Of a DNA stretch of 64,000 nucleotides, positions 30,601 to 44,052 are shown one piece after another (the stretch's first letter is position 1; each line of letters starts with the position of its first letter). The notes below the pieces were generated by a model. The model saw only the letters and a program-made list of their open reading frames with translations, made no database searches and was not told where the DNA came from. The stretch comes from Amoebidium appalachense (taxonomy: Eukaryota > Protista > Ichthyosporea). A program made the position numbers and the translations under genes. The DNA lies in contig CAVNZM010000013.1 of NCBI GenBank assembly GCA_963693365.1, forward strand, positions 9,052,940 through 9,116,939, in the 5' to 3' direction.

Positions 30601-33600
30601 GCATGCACACACACACTGCTTTGCAGGAGTATGCACACACACCGATTCACTGTTGCCGTGTGCAGGTGTGCACGGAGGCAATGCAGGGGGCAGGGGGCAG
30701 TGAGGACCTTGTGGGGCTGCTGCCCGACCACCTGTACAGCACCTACACCCACCTGGCCGCATGCATCCGCGCACACGGTGGGTCATGATGGGGCATACTG
30801 GGTGGGCTGTGTGGATGGTGGCAGGGAGTGTAGACAGGTGGGCTGCAACCGTGCCATGGTTTCACTGGGGCATAGCCTAACCCTTAGGGTGATCTTGGTG
30901 GCCACACACTAAATGCACTCAACATGGGGCAAACACCCACACACACCCACACACACCCATATCCACCTATACCCACCCACCCACCCACCCCCCCACACGC
31001 ACACGCACCCACACGCGCACACGCACACGCACACCCACACACGCTCGTGTGCACGCACGCACGCACACTTGCATGCACACACGTATACATGCACACATGC
31101 ACACTCGCACGCGAAGCCGTGCACAAACGCACAAGCACCCAAACACGCGAACACACAGATACACAGACATACCTGACACGCACAAATTTGCGCGTGTGCA
31201 CATAACCTATACAGCCACACACAAATGCACATGTATACATACATGCACACCCACACATGGCTGGCTGCTCACTGTGGTGTTGCTGGTGCCTGTCTCACAC
31301 TGGGCCGTCACAGACCTAGCAGCCACGGTCAGCATCCAGGGCAGTGCGGCAGACGCCAGGGCATACAGCCAGGCAGGGCGGGTACAGTACATGCACACAC
31401 ACACATGGGGGCAATGTCTGCATGCATGCATACCCACACATGCACAGGCCGATGGGCCCCTGTGCACACCAGTCAGGGAAGCACCCACCCGAACGCATGC
31501 ACATGCACACCTACCTGCCTGCATCCTCGTCCTTCTACCTAAGAACCCCTATCCTTATCAGTGGGCTTGCTGGAAGGCATGTGGCCCTGGCATGGTTGAG
31601 AGCCAGTGCGAGCCACCCTGTTGATTTGCTGCATGGTGGCCCAATGGGGCTGGGCTATTTGCTGGGGGGCAAGGTGCTGACCCCCACCTGCAGGAGCTAA
31701 ACCCAACAAAGGCCGATATGATCAAGCCCTTCCCTCTGTCCGTCGACATCGCCCTTAGAGCCTCAGGTACCCCCCATTCATTGCACACACATACGTGCAG
31801 GCCCTGTTGGCAGCTACATAAATGATGGTGCCTAGTGATTTAAGAGCCTCTGTTCCGTCTCCCTGTGGGCAGGTTGTGGGGCCGAGCATTTGCCTTGGCT
31901 TGCTCAGAGCATGTTGCTTTTTTTGGGCTCCCTGGCAGTGGTGTGTCATACACACGTGCAGACATGTATACATGCACACATACACACGTGCACACATCTA
32001 TACATGCACACATGCACACATGCACACATGCACACATGTATACATGTATACATACACACATGCATACATGTATACATGCACACATGCACACATACACACA
32101 TGCACACGTGCACACATGTATACATGCACACATGCACACATGCACACATGTATACATGTATACATGCACACATGCACACATGCACACATGTATACATGCA
32201 CACATTTACACGTGCACACATGCACACATACACACATGCACACGTGCACACATGTATACATACACACATGCACACGTGCACACATGCACACATGCACACA
32301 TGCACAGGTGCACATGTTCACACATGCACACACACACATGCACACACACACATGCACACACACATGCGCACCAGCACACGTGCACACATGCGCACATGCA
32401 CACATGCACACACATGCACACGTGCATGCAAGCAGACATGAACGCATGCACACGTGTACAGATATTTATATCCAATCTGTTCATGTACCCCATGCATGTG
32501 AGCCATCAGCCATGCACCCCCTGACCCCCCCATCTCCCCAGGGCACCAGGTGGTGCTGCACGTGCAGTATTTGCCGCACCTAGACGTGCTGGTGGTGGGG
32601 GGCAAGGACACGCTGAGGGATGGCCGGGCAGCCAGCCTGGTGCCGTCCCACTGGGCCACCAGTGCGCTGCTGGACGAGGTCTACCCCGACGACAGGGGCA
32701 GGCGCCTGCCCTTCGATGCAAAGGTCGTGGCCGACAGCCTGGACACTGTGGGGTAGGCCTGTGTGTGTGCATGTGTGTGTGTGTGTGTGTGTGCCCTTGT
32801 GTGCATGCGTGTGCGCGCATGTGTGGGTGCGGGTGCGGGTGCGGGTGCGGGTGTCCTTACGTGCATGCGTGATTTGTGTGTGCGTGCCTTTATGCATGCA
32901 TGTGTGTGTGTGTGTGCGTTCATGCATGTGTGTGTGTGTGTGTGTGCATGCGCGTGTACATCAGTGCGGATTCATGGATTGAGGGAGACTGAGAGCGAGA
33001 GAGTGGGGAAGCCAGATCATAAACAAACAGGCTCGGGTGTGCATATGTGTCTCTCTCCTAATTGGGTGTCTGTGGATGTTTGTGAGTGAGTGATTAGGGG
33101 CTAGCCAGGTAGCTTGTTAAGCGGGGAATGAGGCAGCCGGTTGATGTAAGCAGAAAGGATGGGAAGGATTTCATGGCAGGCTGGGGTTGTGATGGCAAGT
33201 GTGGCTGACAGAGAAGGGGTTTTGCTAAATGGTTTGTGCCTTCCTACACCAACATCCGCCCCTGGTCCCTCCCACTTTGTGCTCTATACCGTTCTTAACC
33301 CCCTTTTTAGCGTCTATGGCAGGCTCTCTTTCAATTCTAGTTCCGCTGGTTTCTCTGATTGCACGTTTTCTGTGCTTGGCTTGATGCCTCGGCCCTAATG
33401 CACGGCCCAGGGCCAGTGTGGATGACGTCATCAAGAGCACAGGCGGCCGACCCTACTGCTGGGCCCAGTGGCTGGCCGGCCCAGACATGGTGCACAGGCA
33501 GACGGTAGGGGCACACAGGCACGTGCAGGCACATGTAGGCATATGCAGCACACACAGGCACATGTAGGCACATGTAGACACGCGCAGGGGCACACAGGCA

Positions 33601-34494
33601 CACAGGCACATACAGGCACATGTTGTCATGCAGGCACACGCAGGCACACACAGGCACATGCAGGCACATGCAGGTACACACAGGGGCGCACATGCACACT
33701 TTGTCATTCAGGCACGTGCAGACACATGCAGGCACATGCATGCACACCCAGGGGCACACAGGCACACAGGCACACAGGCACATGCAGGCACATGCAGATA
33801 CACGCAAGGGCGCACATGCACATGTTTTCATTAAGGCACGTGCAGACACATGCTGCACACGCAAGGGCACACTGTTTGTTTTTTCGCTGGTTCTCCCTAA
33901 TACTCTTACTTGTTAGATCTGCTGGGAAGTTGTGCATGTGTGGATGTCACTGTGTATAAATGTAGCTTGCACAGTTGCACTTGGTTTGATGAATAGAGGC
34001 CCACCTAGCCCCTTGGTTCCCTTCGCTGTTCTTTGCAATCACTTTTATCCAGCCCCTGTCCCGACATTGCTTTCCGTGCTCCCTCCATTCTAATGTTTGC
34101 ATGCATTCCAGACAGCTATCTTTCAACTGACCTCACCCCTCTCCTCCCACCATACAAGGTTTACACCCTACACGAGCACATGCACACACACACATTCGCA
34201 CAGTCACGCATGAGCGTGTACACACAGCCACACCTACCCCGATCCCCGCACGTACACTCCACCCATTTCACCACGTGCGCATGCACAGGGACGGCCCGTG
34301 ACGATGAGTGACACGGCACACCGGCAGCACGTGCAGCAGGTGCCAGCAATGGTGCAAAGGCGCATGGAGGCCCTCAGTGCCCTCTACCGCCAGCTGGCCG
34401 CCATGGGTAGGTGGGGGGTGCAAGTGTGCCTTGATGGGTGCATGTATGTGCTTCTCCTTTTTTTTTGGGGGGGGGGGGGTGGGAGAGGAGAGGT

Positions 34495-34547
<53 letters not shown>

Positions 34548-35568
34548 GGGCATGGGGCGTGTATGCACTGGGCGCTGTTTGTCGATGAACTGTGTGGGTG
34601 GGCCCGGTGCTGGCAGCCACAGCAAGAACCATTGCGGCACTTGCCTGATGGGCATAATGGGCACAAAGCAGATGCCTGGAAGAAATGAGGGGGTTGAGGT
34701 TGTACTCACACGATGATAATGCGTTATGGTTGTGCATGGTGTGATTTTGTAGTCACGAAAGTTCTGTTTTATTGACCTGCTTATATAATGGTGTGGCCAT
34801 GCCTCCCCACACAACAAACAATGCTGACATGCCAGCACAACAACCCACGGACAAGAGCACGAGGAAGTATGATTGCTCACACACTCACAGGCACATACAC
34901 ACACACACATGTACCGACGCACACCCACACCTGCAGGAACTTGTAGCCACGCACAGCTGCACCTACCCACACAGGCAAGCACACGTAAAGGCACTTCGGC
35001 ACACATGCCCACACCCGCACCATTATACACTTGCGAACGCACGCTGGGCAGCCCCACACCCCCCATTAACACATATGATATGCCACCACGCAGACCCACC
35101 CACAACACACACACACACATACACACATGCACACACAACCCACACCACACACAATATACCCTCCTACGCCACACCCACACACATACACACCCACCCACCC
35201 ACCCACCCACCCACATACCCACTCACCCACATACCCACACACTCCACACTCCCCACACATAGGCCCATGCATACCCATCACACACACGCACACACACCAA
35301 CCCCACACACACACGCACACATACATTCACACAAACCACAACCACATACCCACACACACATACCCCCCCCCCCCCCCCCACCCACCCACCCACCCACCCA
35401 CCCACCCACCCACCCACCCACCCACCCACGCACACACATACATGTACAGCCGGCCATCAGCTCGATTTCGGACCTCTGGCCCAGGCACGACTCAAGGAGC
35501 TCTTCCCCCTCAAATCCAACTCAACTCTCAACAAATTTTCTCTCCTGTCAGATGTATGCCCCTTTCCA

Positions 35569-35599
<31 letters not shown>

Positions 35600-35897
35600 A
35601 TTTTTCTTGCTTCTGCTGACTGCTGCAACTCTAATCCCCGGTCTTTCCGCCCTTGCCTGTTGCCTGTTCGCATAAGTAGCCCTGCTCGTCTCTGATCAAG
35701 ACGTGTGCCACCCATGTACAAACAGTGTCTGAGTTGGGTATCGTCGACGAGGTAAATCGGCCGAAATTCGGGTACTGTTCATGACGTGGGCCCCTTTTTG
35801 AGAATGGGCTCTGTTTATTTTGCATATTCTTTGTGTGCGGTTTGCACTCTGCATTGTGTTGTCCGTTCTGAATATGTACTTCGGACGTTATGGCCCT

Positions 35898-35928
<31 letters not shown>

Positions 35929-38900
35929 TTCTCCCCCTCCCCCCTTCCCCTCCCAACCTTCCCCGCCATGGCCATATGCTTAGCCGTTAAAGTACAGAAT
36001 AGTCAGGGAACCACACACCCCAAAGCAAAAGGGTTGAAACCCGTTCTTTTGTACAAAATGACCACTGGTATAGGTGGCCCTACATATTGTCTGCCTTTTG
36101 AATTGAGTTGGTTGGTCTGGGTTTTGTTCAAGTGGCTTTTGCTTTGTTTGGCTCGCAGCTTGCCACCCCCCCCCCCCTCCCCCCCGAGAGGATCAGTAAT
36201 GCAAGCCAAAACCTAAAAATAGTGAAGGCCAATGATGCATACATACGTTTTGGACAGAGAGTGCTAACGATTCAAACCAAGCCAAAATCAAACAGGGGGA
36301 ACCAAAGAAGCAAGCCGAACGCATCAGGCTGCTATGCCATAGATGTCTGTTGCTTCTCATGGTGCCCTTGTGCATGCGGGTGTCCTGACGGTGTGGGGGC
36401 AGAAACACAGCCTGGAGTTCAGCGGCTATCTGGCAAATGGCGACTGTAAGTGCCAACCAATCAGACTGCACTGAGAAGGGTGTGCAAGCGTGTAATGTAG
36501 GGAGGCGGGGGGGGGGGGGGGGGGGGGGGGGGGAGAGAGAGAGAGAGAGAAGGAGGGAGGGGGGAGGCGGGGAGTGGGGGAGTAGGGGAGCGGGGGGAGA
36601 GGGTGGGGGAAGGAGAGAGAGAGGCCCTGGGGAGAAGGAAAGAAAAAGAGAAAGAGAAAGAGAGCGAGGGGGGGAGAGAGGGGGAGAGAGGCAGAGAGAG
36701 AGGGGGGAGAGAGAGAGGGGGGGGGGGGAGGGGGGGGGGAGAAAGAGAAAGAGGGAGGGAAAGGCGGGGGGAAAGCTAGGGAGGGGGGGCAGGGGGGGCT
36801 TAGAGAGGGGGGGAGGGAGGGGGGGAGGGAAAGAGGGGAGAGGGGGGGTTGAGGTGGGGTGAACGGGGGGGAGGGGGGGGGGGGGGGGGGAGGGGAAGCG
36901 GGAGGGGGAGCGGGAGGGGGAGGGAGGGGGAAAGAAGGGGAGGAGAGAGAAGGTGGGGAGGAAGGGGGAGGGAAGTAGGGGGGCACCCCCAAGGGGTGAG
37001 TTCTTGGTGGGAGTTGGGGAGGGGGATGAATGGGGGGAGGGTAGCATGAGTTGCAGGGAGGGAAGGCCAAGGAGTGCATGGCATATACCAAGGGCTGCCG
37101 GTAGCAGAAACAGACAGCTGGCCCTGCATGCCGCCAGCACACATGCACACATGCACACATGCACACATGCACACATGCACACATGCACACATAAACACAT
37201 AAACACATAAACACATAAACACATAAACACATGCACACATGCACACATGCACACATGCACACATGCACACACACTGGCACACCTGCATGGTGCCTTCCCT
37301 TTACCCGATTCACCCACCATGCCACCTATGGCGCCTGTGCATGTCTGTGCCCTTCCAGCTCACCGCAGCCCCCCAGACGAGCTGGAGCTGCGCATCAAGG
37401 TGCCCATCGACTATCCGAATCGCCTGCCCGAGTACTCCCTCAGCCTCAGAAAGGGCGTGGCTGAGGGCGACACACCGTGGTGCCTCAGGGTAGGTTGCCT
37501 CCCATGCACACACATAGGCTCAGGGTAGGTTGCCTCCCATGCACACACATAGGCTCAGGGTAGGTTGCCTCCCATGCACACACATAGGCTCAGGTAGGTT
37601 GCCTCCCCATGCACACACATAGGCTCAGGATAGGTTGCCTCCCATGCACACACATAGGCTCAGGATAGGTTGCCTCCCATGCACACACATAGGCTCAGGA
37701 TAGGTTGCCTCCCATGCACACACATAGGCTCAGGATAGGTTGCCTCCCCATGCACACACATAGGCTTAGTGCAGGTTGCCTCCCCATGCACACACATAGG
37801 CTTAGTGTAGGTTAAGCCCCATGCACACACATAGGCTTAGAGTAAGTTACCCCCCATGCACACACATAGGCTTATCGTAGGCTACGTCACATGCACACAC
37901 ATTTTTTAAGTAGGATACTCACCCATGCACACACACCTTGGTGCCTCAGGGTATGACCCCCCCCCCCCCCCCCCCCTCCCCTCCCCTCACCCACCCCCTC
38001 ATTCCCCCACTCACACACACACGCACATAGGCCTAGGCAATGATATGATGCCAAACCTTCGGCCCCTGACCCACACAACCAGCAACGTCAGAGTATAGCC
38101 CTGTATCCCCACCCATGCACACACACACGATGGTATGCCTCTGAAACCAGAGGTAGTGTGCTTTTTGTTACGTTTTCTTTTTTTGTGTTAACACATTCTT
38201 ACCGCCCCTCCCCCCCACCCCCTCCCCCCCCTCCCCCCACCCAAACACCCCCTCCCCCCCCCCCCCCCCCCCCCCCCCCAGCACATGGAGCACGAGGTCA
38301 ACACAGCACATGGCCTGGCCTGGGACCCACCCTCCCGCAACTACATCCTGACCCTGCAGATGCAGCGCCTACAGGTGCGTGTGTGGATACTAGCCAATCA
38401 CAGGATATGGTGTGTGTGGGAGTGGCTGGCAGGCCAATGCGGAATTATGTAGAGCTTCTCTGGTGGGACAGGCGGTGGAGGTGATGGTTTGGGATTTGCG
38501 GAGAGGGGGGCGGAGAACAGTCGGGAGCGGTGGTTGTTAGCAGGGGGGCACAAGGGCGCAGGTTGCAGGTGGGGCCTTGGTGCAGGTAGCACGGTGCCAC
38601 GTGTCGGCAGAAAGGCAGCCGTGGGCCCGTGAATAGAATCATGCACATGCATGTGGCTGCAATCATGCAAGTGCACGTGAATAGATACATATGCCTGCAG
38701 GTGAACACCATCATGCGTATTCCGAATACAGTCATCGCAAGTGCACATGAATACATTTATAGACAACCGGTGTACACGTGGATACAATCATACACATGCC
38801 CTGGACACGTGAATACAATCAGACACATGCCCTGGACACGTGAATACAATCAGACACATGCCCTGGACACGTGAATACAATCAGACACATGCCCTGGACA

Positions 38901-41015
38901 CGTGAATACAATCAGACACATGCCCTGGACACGTGAATACAATCAGACACATGCCCTGGACACGTGAATACAATCATACGTGAATACAATCAGACACTTG
39001 CCCTGGACACGTGAATACAATCATCCACATGCTGTGGACACGTGAATACAATGATACACATGCTGTGGACACGTGAATACAATCATCCACATGCTGTGGA
39101 CACGTGAATACAATCATACACATGCTGTGGACACGTGAATACAATCAGACACATGCCCTGGACACGTGAGTACAATCATACACACGCCCTGGACATGTGA
39201 GTACAATCATACACATGCCCTGGACATGTGAGTACAATCATGCGCACGGCAAACAAATCCGTGGGCACACATTCGTTCACCCCGCAATTGCCAGACACAA
39301 GCACACGCACACACATCTGCCTACACGATGAGCCTTTTTTTAGTCTAAAGCGTACTGCTCCGCCGATTCTAACATGGAAATGGGGGAATGGCACTCGAGG
39401 CCCTTTGGCTTGTGGGCATATCTAGTGTTGAGGGGGTGTCCCCACGGCAGATTGTACGCAAATTAAATGCTTAGTTGCAAGTCGACCCTGCAGCAGCAGT
39501 CACACACGCGCGCACAGGCACCACCACACGGACATATGCATACATGGGCACAAACACACACACCGAAAACACACCATCTGCACACTGCAAGGCGCCAGCA
39601 TAAGCTGCCGCCATAGCATGCCTCATACGTGCGTGCCCCCATCCAGGAGGTGTTCGATGCCTATGTACGCATAGTCCAGGCCACAGTCGATGACTCCGTC
39701 CTGGGCCGCCTGTATGAGCGCCGCACGAAGTAACATGCCCCCCCCCCCCCCCCCCCCCCCCACGGGTTGACCCACCCAAGTTCAGTTGATGCTGCTGTCT
39801 GAGTTGGAGCGTCGTATATACGCTGGCTAAGGGGTCGAAACTCAGACGCAATTGATGACTTGGGCCCTCCCTGAGGATGGGCTCTGCTTATGACGCATAC
39901 TGTGCGCATGGCTGATGCTGCATACTTGAATGTTTGCCTTTGCATGTGTCCTGCACCATGCTTCTCATCGTCTATGCGTACTTCGTACTGTGTTCCGCAT
40001 TCAAACCCCCCCTGTCTTCTTTCAGAGGTGTCCTTTCAGGACAGACCACTGTGTGGAGACATCTTTACTTCCATGCAACCGGGCATGGTTGCTCTGTGTC
40101 GTGCATCTGTAAGCACATACGCGTTTGTCGCTGCACTGCATTAGTTTGCACACACATCTTCACCGTTTTGCTCACCTTGCTTGCATAAGCAACCCTGCTC
40201 GTCTTTGATCAAGACGGGTTGACCCACCCAAGTTCAGTTGATGCTGCTGTCTGAGTTGGAGCGTCGTATATACGCTGGCTAAGGGGTCGAAACTCAGACG
40301 CAATTGATGACTTGGGCCCTCCCTGAGGATGGGCTCTGCTTATGACGCATACTGTGCGCATGGCTGATGCTGCATACTTGAATGTTTGCCTTTGCATGTG
40401 TCCTGCACCATGCTTCTCATCGTCTATGCGTACTTCGTACTGTGTTCCGCATTCAAACCCCCCCCCTCCCGGCCTGCGCAGCCGCCGCCGCCGCGGAGGA
40501 AAAAGAATAAAGAAAGGAAGGGAGAGAGGGGAGGGGAGGCGAGGGGTGGGGTGGGGGAAGAAGAGTAGAGAGGTAGGGTAGGGAAGACAAACACGCCTAC
40601 TTCAGCTGCCCTTTGTGGCTGCATCTGACTTTTGCGCCGCTGGTGCATAATCGCAACTGCACACAAACATGCATGCCTGCAGCGGTGTGGGCGTACGCAA
40701 GTGCATGTATGTCGACATACATGGCCTTGTGCATGACCAGGGCTCAAATATGGCGCAAAGTAATTGACTGATAGGGCAGCCAACGAAATGGGGCCACAAT
40801 GATAGAGAGCAAGAATCCTCAGCCTAGAATTTTCATAGCGCAAGCCAAGGCCTAGGAGGTTCGGTGCGGCCATGGCGAGGTGCAGGCCCTTCAGTGCTGC
40901 CCGTGGCCCCCAGGGCCATGCTGTGTGCTGACAGACCACCGCTTGCAGGGGCAGAGACAGGCGCATGCCTACAAGATTCAGCCACCAGCTGCGGCAGTAT
41001 GTGTTTGACCAATAG
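25059..41015 (+). CDS. THOC5: THO complex subunit 5 (FMIP/THOC5)
   Basis: 18 in-frame exons: 25059-25064, 26296-26469, 27292-27390, 28007-28119, 28511-28666, 29209-29323, 30666-30777, 31314-31381, 31694-31766, 32542-32752, 33411-33504, 34289-34406, 35450-35553, 36343-36445, 37359-37489, 38282-38374, 39647-39729, 40949-41015. THOC5 motifs in the expected order: LRRLNR, PHELMLKRLEHE..QR, LPDHLY, YPDDRG, GRPYCWAQWLAG, LFPLK, DYPNRLP, MEHEVN, QMQRLQ..FD.Y, GRDRRMP. The first exon is tentative. Confidence 0.88.
25311..25384 (+). mobile_element. Degenerate 3' fragment of subfamily B
   Basis: ttgaatgtttccctttgcctgtgtcctgcaccgtgtttctcatcgtgtac...cgtaccgtgt followed by poly(C); resembles 26951-27019. 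Confidence 0.6.
26604..27029 (+). mobile_element. Subfamily B copy, about one full unit, between C-rich tracts
   Basis: Near-identical to 40023-40457; shares the central core and 3' end with subfamily A. Confidence 0.85.
27632..27736 (+). mobile_element. Subfamily A copy, heavily 5'-truncated
   Basis: Matches 8460-8564; starts right after a ~32-C run and ends ttcaaa followed by C. Confidence 0.8.
29493..30640. repeat. 28-bp minisatellite (cacacacactgctttgtacgagcatgca), ~40 copies, in a THOC5 intron
   Basis: Direct tandem periodicity; variants gtag/gcag/gtac occur in blocks. Preceded by a ~36-bp repeat at 29343-29478. Confidence 0.95.
35600..35898 (+). mobile_element. Diverged A-like copy (subfamily C) between poly(C) tracts
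   Basis: Colinear with 8259-8560 (tttcttgcttctgct...ccctgctcgtctctgatcaagacg...ctgagttgg...cgaaattcgggtactg...atgacgtgggcccc), with many substitutions. Confidence 0.8.
37484..37890. repeat. ~36-bp minisatellite starting at a THOC5 splice donor
   Basis: ctcagg-gtaggttgcctcccatgcacacacatagg repeated ~11 times, decaying toward the 3' side. Confidence 0.9.
38772..39242. repeat. 31-bp minisatellite (gacacgtgaatacaatcagacacatgccctg), ~15 copies
   Basis: Direct tandem periodicity. Confidence 0.9.
39762..40464 (+). mobile_element. Subfamily B head-to-tail 1.5-mer (244-nt 3' part plus a full 452-nt unit)
   Basis: 39762-40005 is repeated at 40214-40457; internal junction caaa-CCCCCCC-tgtcttctttcagagg; poly(C) at the 5' flank. 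Confidence 0.85.
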
Positions 41016-41262
41016 CCTGTTGGGCCGACATGTGTTTGACCAATAGCCTGCTGGGCCGACATGTGTGTGACCAATAGCCTGCTGGGCCGACATGTGTTTG
41101 ACCAATAGCCTGCTGGGCCGACATGTGTTTGACCAATAGCCTGCTGGGCCGACATGTGTTTGACCAATAGCCTGCTGGGCCGACATGTGTTTGACCAATG
41201 GCCTGCTGGCCCGACGTGTGTTTGACCAATAGCCTGCTGGGCCGACATGCGTTTGACCAATG
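40999..41262. repeat. 31-bp minisatellite containing the THOC5 stop codon
   Basis: atgtgtttgaccaaTAGcctgctgggccgac, ~8 copies. Confidence 0.9.
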
Positions 41263-42166
41263 GCGTGCTGGCTGCGTGCCAGGCACATGAAGGAATTTAG
41301 GTCACGTGACACACCCCGAAGGCACCTGCATGAAGTATTCGACAGATGGACGAATTCAACCACACGTATGTTTTTAGCACATCATGGGGCGGGATAGCGA
41401 AAAACCTGGAACACCACCAGGATTCAAAATGATCTTTGGGCATATCCACAAGTAATTGCTGCATCAGAATGGGGTTTTCATACAGTTTCGCACGTAGCCG
41501 AACGACAATTATCAGGCACAAAGGCAATATGAAAGTCGGTATATTTCATTCATGTGTATGATGGCTCTTCTACACACCACGTCTACTCATCATAACACAC
41601 ACCTTTATAGGGTCGATACAAACTTACATCATCTCTCCTATTGGACTACTGCAACCACTGTACCGTGAATGCAGACATTTCCAGCACATACTTGTCCCAT
41701 TCATGCACACCTTTCACCACCCACTTGTCTCCTGCATGCACACCTATCACCACCTACTTGTCCCATGCATGCACACCTATCACCTCCTAAATACACCAAC
41801 TTGTCCCCTGTGACACCTGCATGCACACCTACTTCTACTTGTCCCCTATATTCACACCTACTTCTACTTGTCCCTTGCGCGCACACCTATACCCTCAGTA
41901 CACCCACTTGTGCCCTGCAGCCTATCACCACCCCAATACACGTACTTGTCCCTTGCAAAATATCACCACCTATGTACACCTACCTGTCCCCTACATGCAC
42001 ACATATTATCACCCCAGTATGCCCACTTGTCCCAGGGCCTGCACGCACAGCCATTACCACCCCAGCACTTGTTCCCTGCGCGCACACCCAATTACCACCC
42101 CAGCACATGCACTTCTACTTGTTGTCTGCACACACACCTATTACCACCGCATATTCAGAGCACCGC

Positions 42167-42991
42167 CTACGCCTGGCCGACTCTCACCACGTAGGCATGC
42201 AACGCCTCAGCCAGCCTGCCCCCGTAGTCTCTCCAGGCCGCTGCATCAGCCCTCCAGTGCCGGGGGGTCTCGATCTGCACTGCCACACAGCCCTCCACCT
42301 GCCCGTAGGTCATCACCGTGTGTGCACCCCAGAAATATGTCTCGTTCTCGCCGGGCGCCGGGTTGGACGGTGACGGTAGGCACGGACAGGCCCTGGCCTC
42401 CAGCAGTGCGCCGAGGCTGTTGGTGCCGCGCACCCAGTCGCCAAACTCGGCCATGGCCATGCCTGGCCTGCGCAGGAACAGGGTCCTCAGGCTGCTGCCG
42501 AGGGCCGTGTCGGGGTGCCAGTCACTGGTGCTGGTGCGCAGGGCCGGTGTTTTGACATAGTACCCAAGCTCACACGTGTGTGGCCGGTGACTCTGCCCAT
42601 GGATGTCGAACAGAAAAACAATGGGGGCTGTTTGGAGCTCTTTCCTGATAGCACTTGCAATCACCCCGTGGTACGTGTCGTGTGCAGACAGGCTGAGCTC
42701 ACAGTCCGGGTGGGTGGCCGTGTGCCGTGGGCGGTTGGGGTCCAGCTTGGTGCGGTCCAGCAGCGACACCACAAAGTGCGGCCTCAGTGTCTGTGCCCCC
42801 ACCCGGCCAGGCCCAGGACCGGCCTGGCTGCTGAGCTCCACAAGGCGCTCGTACACGGCATAGGCCAGGCCCAGCGAGTTGTCGTCTCCCTCCAGGCACC
42901 CTGACCTGCAGCCCCACAGTCAGACTAGCACTCGCACACACCATCCTTCAGTACCTTCCCGTCCACGAGTGTGTATGTGCACACTGTGGTG

Positions 42992-43049
<58 letters not shown>

Positions 43050-43138
43050 GTGCTCCTGTGCACGCACATACAGGGAAAAGGTGTGTGTGTGTGTGTGGGG
43101 TGGAGGGAGGGGAGGGAGAGAGACCCTCATCAACCTGC

Positions 43139-43173
<35 letters not shown>

Positions 43174-44052
43174 TGTGTGTGTGTGTGTGTGTATCTGCGT
43201 CTGTGTGTGCACGCACAAAGGGAAAAAAAAAACTGCAGGTGTTTTATTTCTTCCCCCCCCCCCCCCCCTCCCCCCCTTTAAGTCTTTTCTTTCCTTCTTT
43301 TTCTTTTTTCTTTCTTTCTTTCTTTCTTTTTTTTTTTTTTTTTTTTTTTGGGGGGGGGGGGGGGGGAGGGGGGGGGGGGGAAGAAGGTAGCTAAGAGTGC
43401 GTTACAGAGAATAAAAGTACACATTCGAGGGGGAATAGCGAGGGGACAGGACTGGCATTGTGTCGCGGGGAAAAGCACGGGGATGTGGCAAAAGCAAACG
43501 GAAGGGCACGGCAGTTTGGTGGTGCATGAACAATCGTGTGCCTGTTGGCATGAAAGCCAATCACAATACAATATACAAGTTAATCATACAAACCAATCCA
43601 CCGCTGATAATAAGCTAACAAATATACAAGCAAGTGCACTGCTTGCGTGAGGCCAGTGGAGGAGGTGACAGTGGGAGGGCGTTGGTAGGTTGCCACGGGG
43701 TGGGGTGGTGGGCTAGAGGAGGAGGTATACAGGTAACAACGGAAAGGCAGCACGACTGAAACGAGTCACTGAGTAGTAAAGTTTTGAAAAGGAAAGGAGA
43801 AGGGTGAAGAAAAAGGGGTCATCCCATATAAGAAGGGAGACACAGCCTAGTGACTCAACCTGGTAGCCATGGGGTGGGGATGGTGCGGCGGGCAGTTAAA
43901 GAGGAAGGAGAGACCACACACGTTCTGTCAAGGGATGCTGCTGGTTTCTCCAAGCCCCCGTGAGGCACAGACAAGATGACGGGCAGGTTGCCAGCCCGAT
44001 ACTCCACCCAGGGACTCTCCCCTGTAAGTAGGGTGGCGGTGAAGACCAACAT
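42167..44052 (-). CDS. N-formylglutamate amidohydrolase-like Zn-dependent hydrolase
   Basis: Two exons, 44052-43922 and 42905-42167. Motifs [52 protein letters not shown]. Confidence 0.88.

Noticed and set aside
29493-41262. 28-36-bp repeats read as CRISPR arrays
   Set aside because: Units are contiguous with no unique spacers, there are no cas genes, and the context is eukaryotic introns.
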